A stretch of DNA of 64,000 nucleotides from Phoronis australis (lineage: Eukaryota; Animalia; Phoronida), in the NCBI GenBank assembly GCA_002633005.1, contig NMRA01000738.1, positions 1 to 64,000 of the forward strand. The letters are read 5' to 3'. Under the pieces are notes generated by a model that was given only the letters and a program-made list of their open reading frames with translations, had not been told where the DNA came from and ran no database searches. Position 1 is the stretch's first letter, and every line of letters begins with the position of its first letter. A program made the position numbers and the translations under genes. Below are positions 22,701-33,075 of this stretch, in pieces.

Positions 22701-24637
22701 CTGCTTTAAGCTAGTCAACTGGAAATGGTAATTCTGTTTCAGAATAATTGTACTAACTTATCATGTCACATACTTCACTCTCTTTGACGACAACAAATAT
22801 TGGTCCGTGGTTCGTTTGTGTCACTTTCAATAATAAAATCTATGATAATTCATATTTTCCGAATAACAAAAAATAATTGCAGGCGGTCTGGTACACGTGC
22901 GCACGCCGCGCATGGGGATAAAAATGTCCCTTTAAAGCCGATAGTGTCCCTTTAAATCTTACTTGTGTAAGTGACGGGTTGTCCTGACATGTCTACAAAA
23001 ACATCCTCTGTTTCATTGTCGTTGACGCCGATCCATATGTAGCTTCGCCTCCACCTTTTGACCTGTTGAGGAAACGTCAAATTTATGTACCAAGATATAT
23101 ATAGGAACTTATAACATGGTGCACACCATTACAGCGTGAAGTTATATAGTTTTGTGAACGTTTGGAAAAATGCCCAAACTTATAGTAAGGTAGGTAAACA
23201 AAATCTCAGGGAAATGAAACCTTGATAGGGGGAACCCGTGACACGATAACAGGTGCCTGGATACCAGATGACGTGGAGATTTTCTGATTGCTTGCAACCC
23301 TCATCTGACAACTGAAATCCCTACTTGAACCTCAGAAGAAAATACATTCGATTAAGAAACATAAGTCATCAAAGATAAATAATCTTAACTGGGAAATGTT
23401 ATTTATAGTATCGGAACAATAATAGTTCTACTAAACAAACACTGAAACTTCCTATGGAAAAGCGCCTTTGTCATATAATCCGTCATTAGCCGTTACTCTC
23501 GGTAGGCAATACACTTTCACAGTATTAAAAATGATAATTGATTGTAGTGCAAATGTCCAAGTTAAACATTCTTACCTACGCAGTCCTAGGACTTATATAT
23601 GCCTGCAAGGTCGCAAAATCCACTTCATATGCCATTTGAACTCCATATTTATTAGAAGTCTTGGAACGCGGGACACTGTAAATAATTACCTACCTGCTGC
23701 GTCATCCACGCATTTTCTTCATTGTCCCTCGGCGTGGCGAGCTCCATCCCTCGCTCTTGACAATAGATCGACGCGTGACTCCAATCCAGAAAAGTAGAAT
23801 GTGCAAATAGATACTGTGTACCGTTTCTTTCTAACCAATCGTCAGCTACACATAGTTCTGGTAAAAAAATTAATGGATATACAGTAATTGTAAATCTTCA
23901 TTCTTTGAACGACTGCTCACTTTTGCTACGTGTTCCAAGCAATATTCAATGTGCTTTATTCACATATTCAGGGCTTGACAACCTAAATGATGTTGGAAGA
24001 AACTTTTTGAGTCACTCGGGGTCTCCTGCTTTTAACGGAAAGAAAATCTTATCACGGTAAGGAATATTATGATACTGATATCATGGGTGTCAAAAATCTA
24101 ATTCAAGTTTTTAGCTAAAACGGGCGAAATGCAGTTTTGAAAAGACCATGAACACGTCACAACATGAACAGATATTTTTGTACCATTGCAATTCAAAAAT
24201 AACACGTCAGCATGACAACGGTGCGTGGACAGGCTTCATAGCGTCCCTAAGTTACATGTAGGTGATATCACTAAAATGATTGAAGCAAGGTTGTCTGTCT
24301 TCCAACATGACTGCAGTCGATCCTAAAATTGATCATCTTAACTGGGAAAACACCACATTACCGTGTTAACGATATTCAATTTATCGTAGAAACTTCTCTA
24401 AGCTTCAGCGGGTCGTACTTTCAATAAAAAATCCACATGTGAAGATTGGCACAATAATACCATACACTGCATACAAAGGTGGCACCTATTTTACTATTAC
24501 ACCATTCTAAAGATTTCAACTATTTCTTTTCAGGCAGACCGAGATAGCAAGAAAAATATAAATTTTTCACCTGCAAATTGAGCCAAGGCCAATACAGCAC
24601 GCACAAACGCGTGCAGCAGCAAAGTTTGTGCCTTCAT
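4713..24637 (-). CDS. Multi-exon gene (14 exons seen, 3'-incomplete): secreted C-type lectin + 4xEGF + UMOD/GP2-like D8C domain protein with VWDE (von Willebrand factor D and EGF domain-containing)-like downstream region
   Basis: Exons 24571-24637, 23694-23857, 22963-23062, 22106-22225, 15647-15760, 13500-13616, 11795-11911, 11197-11313, 9753-9908, 7878-7997, 7257-7424, 6469-6531, 5760-5992 and 4713-4793 all have GT-AG boundaries and compatible phases. They join into a stop-free 579-aa frame with recognisable Cys patterns. The last exon ends in a donor (GAG|gtaagt), so the gene continues, probably beyond position 1. Confidence 0.9.
5314..5735 (+). repeat. Old dispersed repeat (family A) interrupted by a family-B insertion (~5335-5570)
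   Basis: TCTTGATTTCAGCAAAT...TTTATAGC...GGCCGTAAAA matches 57878-58045. The insert matches 48330-48450 (AATTTGGCGAATT...AACGAGACAAAAGTCCACAAAG). Confidence 0.65.
5760..5992 (-). CDS. Exon 13: Ig-like/VWDE-like segment (SSITELQSDPIIKLEV...FEYTC...DVMWL...SSYFGKQ)
   Basis: Open 77-codon frame in the phase required by exon 12; ttacag acceptor and CAG|gtgtgt donor; C...V-x-W...G-x-x pattern. Confidence 0.82.
6292..6365. mobile_element. 74-bp MITE with CATGGGCG...CGTCCATG termini and a 5-bp TSD (CTATC)
   Basis: CTATC at 6287-6291 and 6366-6370; related copies at 39364 and 39440. Confidence 0.65.
6469..6531 (-). CDS. Exon 12: short Cys linker (GEHMACPPGQVSPTGFTPGCQ)
   Basis: From recall, a CPxGxxSxTGFTPGC motif follows the D8C module in invertebrate VWDE-like proteins; tttttag acceptor and gtaggt donor. 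Confidence 0.85.
7257..7424 (-). CDS. Exon 11: D8C C-terminal half (GDVPSPNEGSVSRQAC...NCC...VKAC...YYLSPPTTCASAYCF)
   Basis: PxxxEGxVxRxAC, CC, VKxC and YxLxPxxxCxxAYC motifs; gtttcag acceptor and gtaagc donor. Confidence 0.93.
7878..7997 (-). CDS. Exon 10: D8C core (GWYVF...MPTRCVREYHCNTKHPIWMR)
   Basis: GWYxF...MPTxCV...CxTxxPxW is the UMOD/GP2/OIT3 D8C signature; catgtag acceptor and gtgaat donor. Confidence 0.93.
8725..9525 (-). mobile_element. Non-autonomous Helentron/DINE-1-like element spanning an assembly gap
   Basis: 11-bp subterminal inverted repeats ATGCGCCCACA (8750-8760) and TGTGGGCGCAT (9511-9521). Hairpins at 9492-9521 and 8733-8747 (CAACGC-GGA-GCGTTG). (GGAC)n microsatellite at 9417-9478 and a CCAAATTTCATGAA core. 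Confidence 0.75.
9018..9365. other. Assembly gap (N run)
   Basis: Run of N. Confidence 1.
9753..9908 (-). CDS. Exon 9: start of UMOD/GP2-like D8C module (PKDLDGSINPCDMSQ...ERSANATT...LLCDIALEE)
   Basis: NPC...RS...CD-x-x-L pattern; ttgcag acceptor and gtaagt donor; phase 1-1. Confidence 0.88.
11197..11313 (-). CDS. Exon 8: calcium-binding EGF 4 (DIDECLLDPCDPNASCSNTAGSFMCLCKDGFTGDGRTCE)
   Basis: cbEGF consensus; phase 1-1; ttttcag acceptor and gtttga donor; absent from the ORF track, read directly from the sequence. Confidence 0.95.
11795..11911 (-). CDS. Exon 7: calcium-binding EGF 3 (DLNECSLSPCSFGASCVNTAGSYRCECQQGFKLNGAKCE)
   Basis: cbEGF consensus; phase 1-1; ttgcag acceptor and gtaacg donor. 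Confidence 0.95.
12066..12220. mobile_element. Short palindromic MITE
   Basis: CGTTCAGTAGACGCTAGGACCTA vs TAGGTCCTAGCGTTACTCAACG inverted termini; the internal part recurs inverted at ~36555-36605. Confidence 0.55.
13500..13616 (-). CDS. Exon 6: calcium-binding EGF 2 (DIDECRRSPCHPKAACSNTNGSYTCQCESGYSGDGWLCE)
   Basis: DIDEC and CxNTxGSYxC cbEGF consensus; phase 1-1. Confidence 0.95.
15647..15760 (-). CDS. Exon 5: EGF-like domain 1 (QKCTYNPCHPHATCFNSTGVPWCTCSKGYIGNGTFCE)
   Basis: Six-Cys EGF spacing; phase 1-1 exon; ttgcag acceptor and gtttgg donor. Confidence 0.9.
17089..17319. mobile_element. 231-bp hAT-like MITE nested in the foldback left arm
   Basis: TIR CAGTGGTAGATCTAC / GTAGATCCGCCTCTG; 6-bp TSD GATTAC/GCTTAC; absent from the mirror arm. 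Confidence 0.75.
17372..19348. mobile_element. ~2-kb non-autonomous PIF/Harbinger-like element nested in the foldback left arm
   Basis: TIR CGGCATTTTTTCCCTCAGGGTGCA / TGCACCTTGAGTCAAAAATGCCG; TAA TSD at 17369-17371 and 19349-19351; removing it restores colinearity with the mirror arm. Confidence 0.8.
19611..19684 (+). pseudogene. tRNA-like (SINE-head-like) sequence with Pol III A and B boxes
   Basis: A box TGGAGTAGTGG at 19620 and B box GGTTCGAAACC at ~19663, with tRNA-like spacing; stems are imperfect. Confidence 0.7.
19905..19977 (-). pseudogene. Second tRNA-like sequence with Pol III A and B boxes, convergent with the first
   Basis: Minus strand reads GCTGCGTGGTGTAGTGGTTAAGTCGGCGACCAGCAATTCCAGGGTGCCGGGTTCGACTCCGTCCTCGGTTT. 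Confidence 0.7.
20644..22065. mobile_element. ~1.4-kb Kolobok-like non-autonomous element bounded by TTAA
   Basis: TTAA-cGTATCTCCAACCTTATT at 20644 vs AATAAGGTTGGAGATAACC-TTAA ending at 22065. The internal CAGAAAATATATACTTTT...TTGACAG recurs at ~41186. Confidence 0.55.
22106..22225 (-). CDS. Exon 4: C-type lectin C-terminal part (WRIGLPRNSTHTNCVELWDNGRWYDFNCESYTWNFMCKT)
   Basis: CV...GxWxDxxC...FxC motif; ttttcag acceptor, G|gtacgg donor. Confidence 0.92.
22963..23062 (-). CDS. Exon 3: C-type lectin middle (VKRWRRSYIWIGVNDNETEDVFVDMSGQPVTYT)
   Basis: WIGxND motif; aacag acceptor, gtaaga donor; phase 0 to 1. Confidence 0.92.
23694..23857 (-). CDS. Exon 2: C-type lectin domain N-terminal part (LCVADDWLERNGTQYLF...WSHASIYCQERGMELATPRDNEENAWMTQQ)
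   Basis: ttttaccag acceptor, CAG|gtaggt donor, CTL motif W-x-x-A-x-x-x-C-x-x-x-G-x-x-LA and EEN. Confidence 0.92.
24571..24637 (-). CDS. Exon 1: start codon and signal peptide MKAQTLLLHAFVRAVLALAQFA
   Basis: ATG in ggaATG context, hydrophobic stretch, GCAG|gtgaaa donor in phase 1 matching the next exon. Confidence 0.8.
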
Positions 24638-24677
24638 TCCGGTGTAGAGTAAATAGTGTCTTGTTACCATACAGTGA

Positions 24678-24692
24678 GCTTATTATAGATAT
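24678..24692 (-). promoter_or_regulatory. Possible TATA-like element (TCTATAATAAG) upstream of the lectin/EGF gene
   Basis: Lies about 45-50 nt upstream of ATG 24637 on the minus strand; sequence match only. Confidence 0.3.
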
Positions 24693-26300
24693 TATCTCAA
24701 CAAGGAAATAACCTGCCTTGGCGACAGTCGTGACACCACCGTCATAAAATTTTATAGCCTGGATCGATGGATTGGCTTTATCAGTATTTTTGTCCGCTTT
24801 TAAATCCACTTGAAAATATATATTTGACTTATAATGTCAATCTTTGATCTTACGGTCTGAGCATTATCAAAGATGTTACGGGACAAACAAATCGTTTTCT
24901 TGACATGAATCCTGCGTTTGCAAGGGATTCCACAATATTGTTCACCTGCCACTCCCGACCGCCCAACCATATCCTTTGTGATCTTTGTTAGAATAAATAT
25001 TGATTACATAATTTCCGGGGATATTTATCACCGTATGCACTTTTAATATTCACAGATATAAATGATTATAATGGACTTTGCTAACAACTGCACTGTAAAA
25101 ACGTTTCATTATCCATTGATATTACCAAACATCACAGCTGTAGGAAGACCTGCATGACTGTGTGGGACCGATTTTCCAGCTCTCCCTTGTTGAAACTTGA
25201 AGGGTGGCCAATTATAAATAATCTACAAAAAACTTTTTAGCGTTGTGAGAGCACACATGTGTCTTTCGCTAGACTCGATTTCTAATCATTTGGACGGGTG
25301 TGCGATAATGGATAAATTGACACGACGTAACGAAATTCCTGTCATTTACTGTCAAACTTTGGGCGTTAGACATTCTTGTTTGATTCGTTTGAACATCCCA
25401 CATCATAGCAGTGGTGATTTGAAGGCATTATGATGTCAAAGAAATTGTGGAAAGGCCGTGAAAATTCCACTCAAAAGATAAAATCTTCATACAAGAGTGT
25501 AGTATACCGTCTACCAACTACGCTATTGCTGTTTGGCGATAAGGAGTATTCCACCAAAGTTATCTGCAGGCATGCCTCCTGGAGCGCATATTCGGAAGAT
25601 ATCAGTTTAGGGATCAAAAGTCAAAACCAAATTTAAACCTGGGCGTACACATGCGAGTGACCAATATACCTGTGGCCGCGTGTTAGTACCAGTGTGGCGG
25701 CCTCGTAAACTGAACACGAAAAGACTTAATAATTGTCTCCATAGGTAGAAGTTTATTGTTAAAACTTTACTTCAGTTACGGTTTTAGTGTCCATATCCAA
25801 TGGAACTGGGGAAATGATGGGATTCAACCACTGAAGAGTGTAGTACAACAGGAGATCCACTCCGCTATCTTACCCTTCGCCGCATTGGATTTTTGGTGGA
25901 AAAACTAGCACTCCAAGCGGCGAATAACTGAAGCAAAGCTAACTTAGCAGCGGGAGTCTGAACCATGTAAACACTTTAATGTCGTTCGACGTGCAATAAA
26001 ATTTCTGTGAGATTAAAAATGGGTAAAATATGTATATTTACATTCACTCATAATCAAATAAGAATGAAAATGTGCGTTTTAGTTAATATTAATAGACAGT
26101 AATATTTTTGCAGTTTCATTCCTTTGAAGCTCTCTTCAAAAACCATTTGGTCCATATTTGAGTTCTTAATAAGGCAAATAACCGTTCCTAATTACATTCC
26201 ATGCTTCCACAGACTATATAGTATTAGCGATTACTCCTGGGGATTCCATAGGGGAGTTGCCCCCAGGTGCACATGCCAGCGGAAGGGGGATATGTGGGAG

Positions 26301-26420
26301 GAGTGCAAAACAGGTAAAAACCAGGTGGGCGCCAAATGGGTGTTGACCCTCTCCTAGCGTTATGTATGTGATGAGTGCAAAACAGGTAAAAACCAGGGGG
26401 TGTCACATGGGTGTTGGGCC
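26301..26420. repeat. Two-copy ~72-bp tandem duplication
   Basis: GAGTGCAAAA(A)CAGGTAAAAACCAGG...ATGGGTGTTG at 26301 and 26373. Confidence 0.8.
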
Positions 26421-29400
26421 AGTCCCATCGTCACAAAATTTGGTGGCTAGTTCCCCTGATCATTGACAACAGTGCTGAGGTGATAAGATTTTTTCTGGTC
26501 CTCGTTGTGTACCAGTCCCTAAGGACTTTTTGTTAAGACCGGTGACCATGCTCCTGTGGTTATGTCATTACCATCCCTGGGTATTTCATAACTTTTCATT
26601 ACACGTGTCGATCCAGGGATAATTTGTAGGGCCGCGCCCGGCATCATTGGCGATTAGAAGTTTTCATTTTGACGCACTGGTGTTCCTTAACTTGGGCCAA
26701 CTGGCACATTAAAGTTGTGTCGATTCTTTCACTGAGAAACACAGATTCTCAAACTTGACTCATAGATAGATTTGAGGCCCTGTGGCTGTGACTGTGGCAG
26801 TCACCAGTCATACTGACCCGTGGCTATGTGTTGTTTTTCTAATATTATCCGTGCGATCGTTCGAGGGATTTACATGTTGACATTTTGACACACAAAAGGA
26901 AAGACAGTTTATCATGTTATTGAATAACAAATAATCGTTGCCTTTCTGAGTCCTTGGATAATTTAAAAATGACAATTCTGGTGTTTTCGTGGATGAATTT
27001 GTGCAATTTATTGCGTTGCAAAAGGAGTCCTTCCCAGTGTTCCCGCGTATCGTACTTGTCCATTGCTTAATCGCCACTTGGCTGCGCTAGTAGTAGCGAT
27101 AACAGCGAACTCACCTAGTGCAGTAATTTCCTTGATTCAACCATACACATCTCATCAAATGTATACCCTGGACGTATTCACGGAATTTTTCCTTACGCCT
27201 TCTTGTATACAGGTGTATCTAAAACTCCCGCACCCGTTCAGTGAGCCAGTAGCTAAATTATGTCAGATACATTGTATAGCTGTGATGAACGTTACAACGC
27301 CACTTTAATATAAAGAGAAGTTTATCCAAGTTTCTCAAAGATCCTGCTTCGACTTGGCTGTCAGATCCTTTCTTTTATATTAGTTTTAGGCTAAGCTATC
27401 GAAATGTGATTCGCACCCATGGTAATTTCATTTAGTAATAATAAGGACGACAATGATAACAACAGTAGCAAAGATGACAATAGTATATAATATGTGGCAA
27501 AAGAAATCGCCAATTTGTTTATGCAATTTGTTTTTGCCTGATTTCAAACACTATTAGCATCTGCTTTTTCGAGTCCAGGAACTACATGTATCTCTAATTC
27601 GAAGAAGGAACAAACTGAGTAAACTTTTTCGAAAGGAAGATTCATATCTACGGGGTTGCTTTTAAACAGTTCTGTTAAAAGTTCGTGCTGTTTTAAACAT
27701 GGAATACTAATGATATTCAAGGCATCATAACTTCAAATTGAAACCGGCAACCAGATTCTCTTTGGTAACAACTGGGGTACGATTTAAATACATGCATCTC
27801 AGATAAAATAAAATAGCTCAGTAATTGAAAGTAGTCTTTAGTTCAGCGTACTACTCAATAGCCTGTTTAGCTTCCACGGACGAAATTATCGGGACTCAAG
27901 GAGCAGACTCCTCCCTACAGATACTTACGACCGTCCGCGTGTCACATTTCAATTCGAAATTTGTGGTTGCCTTCTTTCCTTACAGCAGATCCGTCAATGT
28001 CTTCGTTAGGAATTCCTGTTTACAAGACAATAAGTTCATTTTTTTGATTTTAGAGGCAAATGGATGCTGCACACAAACTCAAAATAGTCTCCATATGGGT
28101 TACATATTTGACACCTACCTGTACATGTTTAGTGGTTGCAACTGAATGCTTGAAAGTGTATTAAAATACACTTTCAAGCAGAGGAAACAATTTCATGGCC
28201 GCACCTCTAAATTGCTGCTAAAAGTCCAATACCTCCACAAGATACACCAAAGCAAGGGATAAAACTTCAGAAGCCCACCCCAAGCCCTGTACTAAATTCA
28301 TCGGAAAATGTCCAAGTTGAGGCGAGCGCCTGACTACAGTAAATACTTGCCTGAGGCCTCAAGATGGCGTTGATCGGTTTAGCTATTTGAGGCGTCCGGA
28401 GTAGTTGACGTGCCAAAATTCTGACATGTTTTTATGGAAATCGCCGCAATAATAAGAGTAATTTCAAGTTATATTTATCTATGGTTGAAAAACGAATCGC
28501 GAGAGAGAAGTGGGCGCCTGTGTCTGGCCGGTAAGACAAATGAATTTGAATTGAAAAACAACAAGTAATAATTCGCAGGATACGTGTTAAACAATATTTT
28601 TACCAGTCACTTACGTCCTGTCGTAACTCCTACATACCCTCTGCCTAGGGATGTCCACTCGACTCGACGAACCGGCTGGGGCTGCTACCGGATCAGAGCA
28701 AAGAGATCGAAGGAGAACGGCTTGACTATATGTAACTGTGAACAGATGTTCCTATTGAGTGCCACCTGAATGGTCGGAATCATCCCCGTTCATTCCTGTA
28801 CCGTTCAAACTTTTCATCCTGCACACTGCTGTGCTCACTTAATGCCATGTTTGTTTTTGTGTTCCCTTATACTACGTCACAGACGCATAACAAACGGAAA
28901 TAGCGCCGTGTGTATTTTCTGTTACAACATGGCGTTACAACACCGCGGCACTTGAATTTGTAAATCACTTTGCATAGCTACATGTAATTCAGTTAATGTT
29001 AAAATATAGTAATGATAATTATACTCAATAATTTAGAATATACATTTATTAGTTGATCAGAGTGGTTTGAACTTTACGATTTTCACCTTATACTTGAGGA
29101 AGTATAATACAAAAATCAAAATTAACGCTAATTATGCAGCAATTTAGGGCTAGGTTATTGCATAAATGGTATATTTTGATTTGAAAACAAAATAATTTCC
29201 ATCGTGCCATCTTACCAGCAGAATCTAAAGTAAGTAGACAACTTTTATTTCAAACAATAACCAAAACAATGTCTTCTGTTTCCGAATCATTATTGCCAGC
29301 AAAAACTCCTGCGAAAATGAAAAAGTTTGAGTTTCGATCTTAGTTGTTTAGTTTCTGAAATAAATACTCAAAGAAGTAAGGACACGAATCTTCAAGACAT

Positions 29401-30329
29401 GGTATTTAATGATTCAGTGAATCAAGTGATTGAAGGTTTCTTGTGTCGGTCTTTTCAATGGTGAACGTCGTCTACTGTCAATCAGAGCGCAGAAAGGACA
29501 TCTCACCATGCCTCAATTTGACTAAATCAATCAGCGCTACCTTGATACTAGGGGACGAGGCTGACCAAAACTAGAACACCCTAGTGAGTGCTGTCCCCTA
29601 TTGATAAACTACCGCATTAAAGTTTACAGCTATTCTTCGACGAATGCTTATAATTCGTTTTTGAACAGCTTGAAAATTTCATGGGAACATCAACAAGATC
29701 AAACTGCTTAATGTGGATAAAAAAACTATTTTGTCTTAAAGGGACTTCATCGCTTTTGCGACTAAAACATTCTGGTGTTAATGTTGGACGGGATAGTTAT
29801 TTATATAACCAAAATTAATATAGTTTGGTACCAGCACTTCGTTAACACTTACTTCGTTGAAAACACGATCGGACAAAATCGTGAAACAATGAAATATGTT
29901 GTGTATTTTCTGATCACATTCCAAAAAGCCAAATTAGACCGTTGTGTACCAGACGTTCGCTGAAATCATAGCCGCTTTGAATATTCTACCTGAGTGAGAT
30001 TTAGCTCCATCAGAAGGGCGTTAGGTTGTTAAAAGGGGGTTCCCGTTTCTGTTGCACACTGATGATGATCTCAGACAGTAACATTTTCTAGACGGTGATG
30101 TAACTTTTAGTGTTTTCAAGTATTTCGTATCTAAACATAAAAACCTGTGCCAGTGTGGAATAAACGATAGACCCACCTATTACAAAGAGCGAAAAAAAAA
30201 CCTGCGATGGTATTCAGTGACGGAAAAAAGTTTTGTTCCTGGAATGGTTAAGTTCTGTTGTTTAATCAACCACACTAACGAATAGGAATTGAATATATGT
30301 TTCAAGTTCCGGTTACATATTTAAAACAC

Positions 30330-30497
30330 CATTACCGTTTATACGATCAAAAATAAGGTGTGGTTGTGGGACAATCTTTTTGAAAACGTTAGCTTCGACC
30401 AGAGCTAAAAAAACAAATTCGGTTGTGTTTCTGTGAGTCTATTACAAATTACCAGTTCTCGCCGTTGTTTGACACACAATTGCTGGTGATTTTAAGA
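30330..30497 (-). repeat. Family A dispersed repeat copy
   Basis: TTAGCTTCGACCAGAGCTAAAA matches TTAGCTTTGACCAGAGCTATAA at ~52650, and the 57878 copy in reverse. Confidence 0.55.
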
Positions 30498-32349
30498 TTT
30501 TAACAAGCAAGCTTACCTGTAAGTGAGATTCAGCTCCACTCCGTGGCTACAACTGCAAAATTTTCGGGCTCGATGTCGTGGTGGACTTCTTTCGCTGATA
30601 ATATGGATTCAAATTATTAAAATATGGGAATATACGACACGTGACATGATGTCATGGTAAAGTTTCTCCAGGCTAAAACAATCACTATTTCGGAGCACAG
30701 TGACTTCCCGTTTTCTACAATTGTACACAGGAAGGAAACTTTACTTTATCATTAGAGTTGACATTGCGCATGTGTCATCAACGACAACAAGGTGAGATTT
30801 GTGAGTACTTTTTTAGTCTTTAGAAATGGAAATCGGCTGTTTATTTGAGGAAACATTACCGTATGTATTTCGTGTTGTTGAAGGGAGCCTTTTTTACGTA
30901 ATATTGGAAAACGTGTTTTGCATACCGCTGATTAAATTATATGTCAATACACTTTGTAAAAGTTTCTAATCCCGTTAATTAAATTACCTGTAACACAAAG
31001 CGGACAGAATTTCAATTTATTTAGATAATGATGATTTCAACCGGATGCGACCAAAAAACTCCGTCGGCATCCCCTTTTTGAGCGTTTTCAATCGAAAACC
31101 GTTGTTGAGCACCACCCTCCTGTATCCGACAACGATTTCAGACATTTGACAACTGAGTTCAGAGATTTAGCTACTTTTTTCAAATTCTCGATCCAGTCTA
31201 TGCACATGTAAGAGAAACTGTCAACAGCACAGGTGATGTGCTGAGAAAATCCAGGCACCTGCGTGCAAAATCCAATACAATCTGAGATTTATACACCTGG
31301 AATTGTCTAATTAGGACGTGTTAACATGCACTATTGATTTGAATGCCTGTGTATCATCATCCACGATCACGCGAGCGTGAATAATTTATCAGCTACACGC
31401 TATGTTGATTGCCTTGTGCTGACTTTTGATGGATTGTATTTATATCACCGAACCCTCTTGGCAAGTTTATGACTAAAGTCAGATTCTGACGCAAGAGTCA
31501 ATATTTTTTTGGAATTAAACAAAATGAGATTGTCCAATTAATGAGATATACATAAATAAATGAATAGGAACGCGCGTAATCAGTCAACAAATATGGGAAC
31601 TCGACCACATCAATCCTTCTTTAACGCTCATAAAATTAACTGTGTTCATACTGATTGATCAAGACGTCTTTTAATATACCGTTGTTTTGCAAGCCGGAAA
31701 CGTCATTCATATTCCATAGCTTTGTCAAATTCAACTAAAGTATGTCTTTTTCCCAATTTACTCACATAGACTTCGGGGAGCGGGTGGACATTCAATGTGA
31801 CCTCTTTAAGCGCACCTGTACATTTGATAGTTATTAGTGTCGTATTTTTTTTATTTTTTCGTGAAAAAATACGTGTTGATATAAAAAGAGTTGCGGTGTG
31901 TCGGAATGGAAATGCAGCTAGGGAGAAAGCCTGACTATCCTTTTACTGTAGTCTACTGTAAACGGCGATCTTCCAGCGTACGGCCGAGTAGTTACGAACA
32001 ATTCAACGTGCAACCGCTGGAAATAGTGATTACCGTAACCTGTCGCGCTCAGTCTGACTGGTCCCTAGTGATTGAGCACGTGAAATGTCCTGTTGTTCAC
32101 GTTTCATTGTCTCGTCGTCCAGGTAGACTCTCTGACTGCAAACTTTCTTTCGCTAATTAAGCTATTGTGTTTTTAAAACAATTTCTCCTTTGATGTTAAA
32201 AACATTTTTCCAGAATCCATTTCCGGTCATTTCCTTATAAATAGTGACGGTCTGCCAGGCGGTCTGTTCGCCGTCTGCTTGAGAGATCCAGACAATATTT
32301 TCTAGCTGCTAAAGTACTCGTTTAAGCGATACTGGTGTCTCTATTTTTC

Positions 32350-33075
32350 CACAATCTTCTCTTTCCATTATCTTTCAAACAATTCCTGAAGAAAACGCCG
32401 TCTCACGACGTCTACTGCAGGTTTATTCACTTTCACCTGTGAGGGAATTTCCATAAGAAATCACAAAACGCACGATTTTTGAAATGCGTGTAAAACAAAT
32501 CTTCATATCTCCATCCCACATATGATAAATGCAAAAATGATTTCACAGTCATTCGACAAATAGCTGACTGACAAGATGGATATTACAATTTTAACGGAAG
32601 ATTATCACGTGTAATCGCATTCCGAATCTGAGGTAGACAGCATAGCATGGTGCTAGCCAACGAAACAAGCGATTTTCCAAAAAGAATCCCAATTGCATTT
32701 TAAAATGTATTTTAATGCTACGATGCCTTTATGACTAATTCTCATCATTTAGGACTTCCATCAGTTGCCTCTTAATCGGACTGGGTGCTTCTTGAACTCG
32801 ACATTGTTTTGTTTACATCAAAGGTAAAATTACACATTTTCCATATAAGGTAAATGTATTACGTCTATGTCGTCTCCTACCAAATAAGGAAACGTGCTTT
32901 GCTTTGTAGGAGAAAAACGACCAAGTGACCACAAGATACCAGATAGCTTTTTTTGACGTTTGAAACTAAAAGAAAAATGGTTTGATTTTAACAGAAATTC
33001 AAAATCGTTACGAAAGAAATGTAAAAAAGTAGCTGATGAATAGGTTGAATTCTCGTTTCAGTGGTAGAGAACGAC
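32350..33075 (+). repeat. Dispersed repeat; inverted partner of 37378-37830
   Basis: ATTCACTTTCACCTGTGAGG and TTTGAAACTAAAAGAAAAATGGTTTGAT are reverse-complemented in the 37.4-37.8 kb copy. Confidence 0.75.

Noticed and set aside
30530-30594. Minus-strand peptide VHHDIEPENF resembling the kinase catalytic loop HRDIKPENF
   Set aside because: Stop codon 8 residues later and no other kinase motifs nearby; likely chance.
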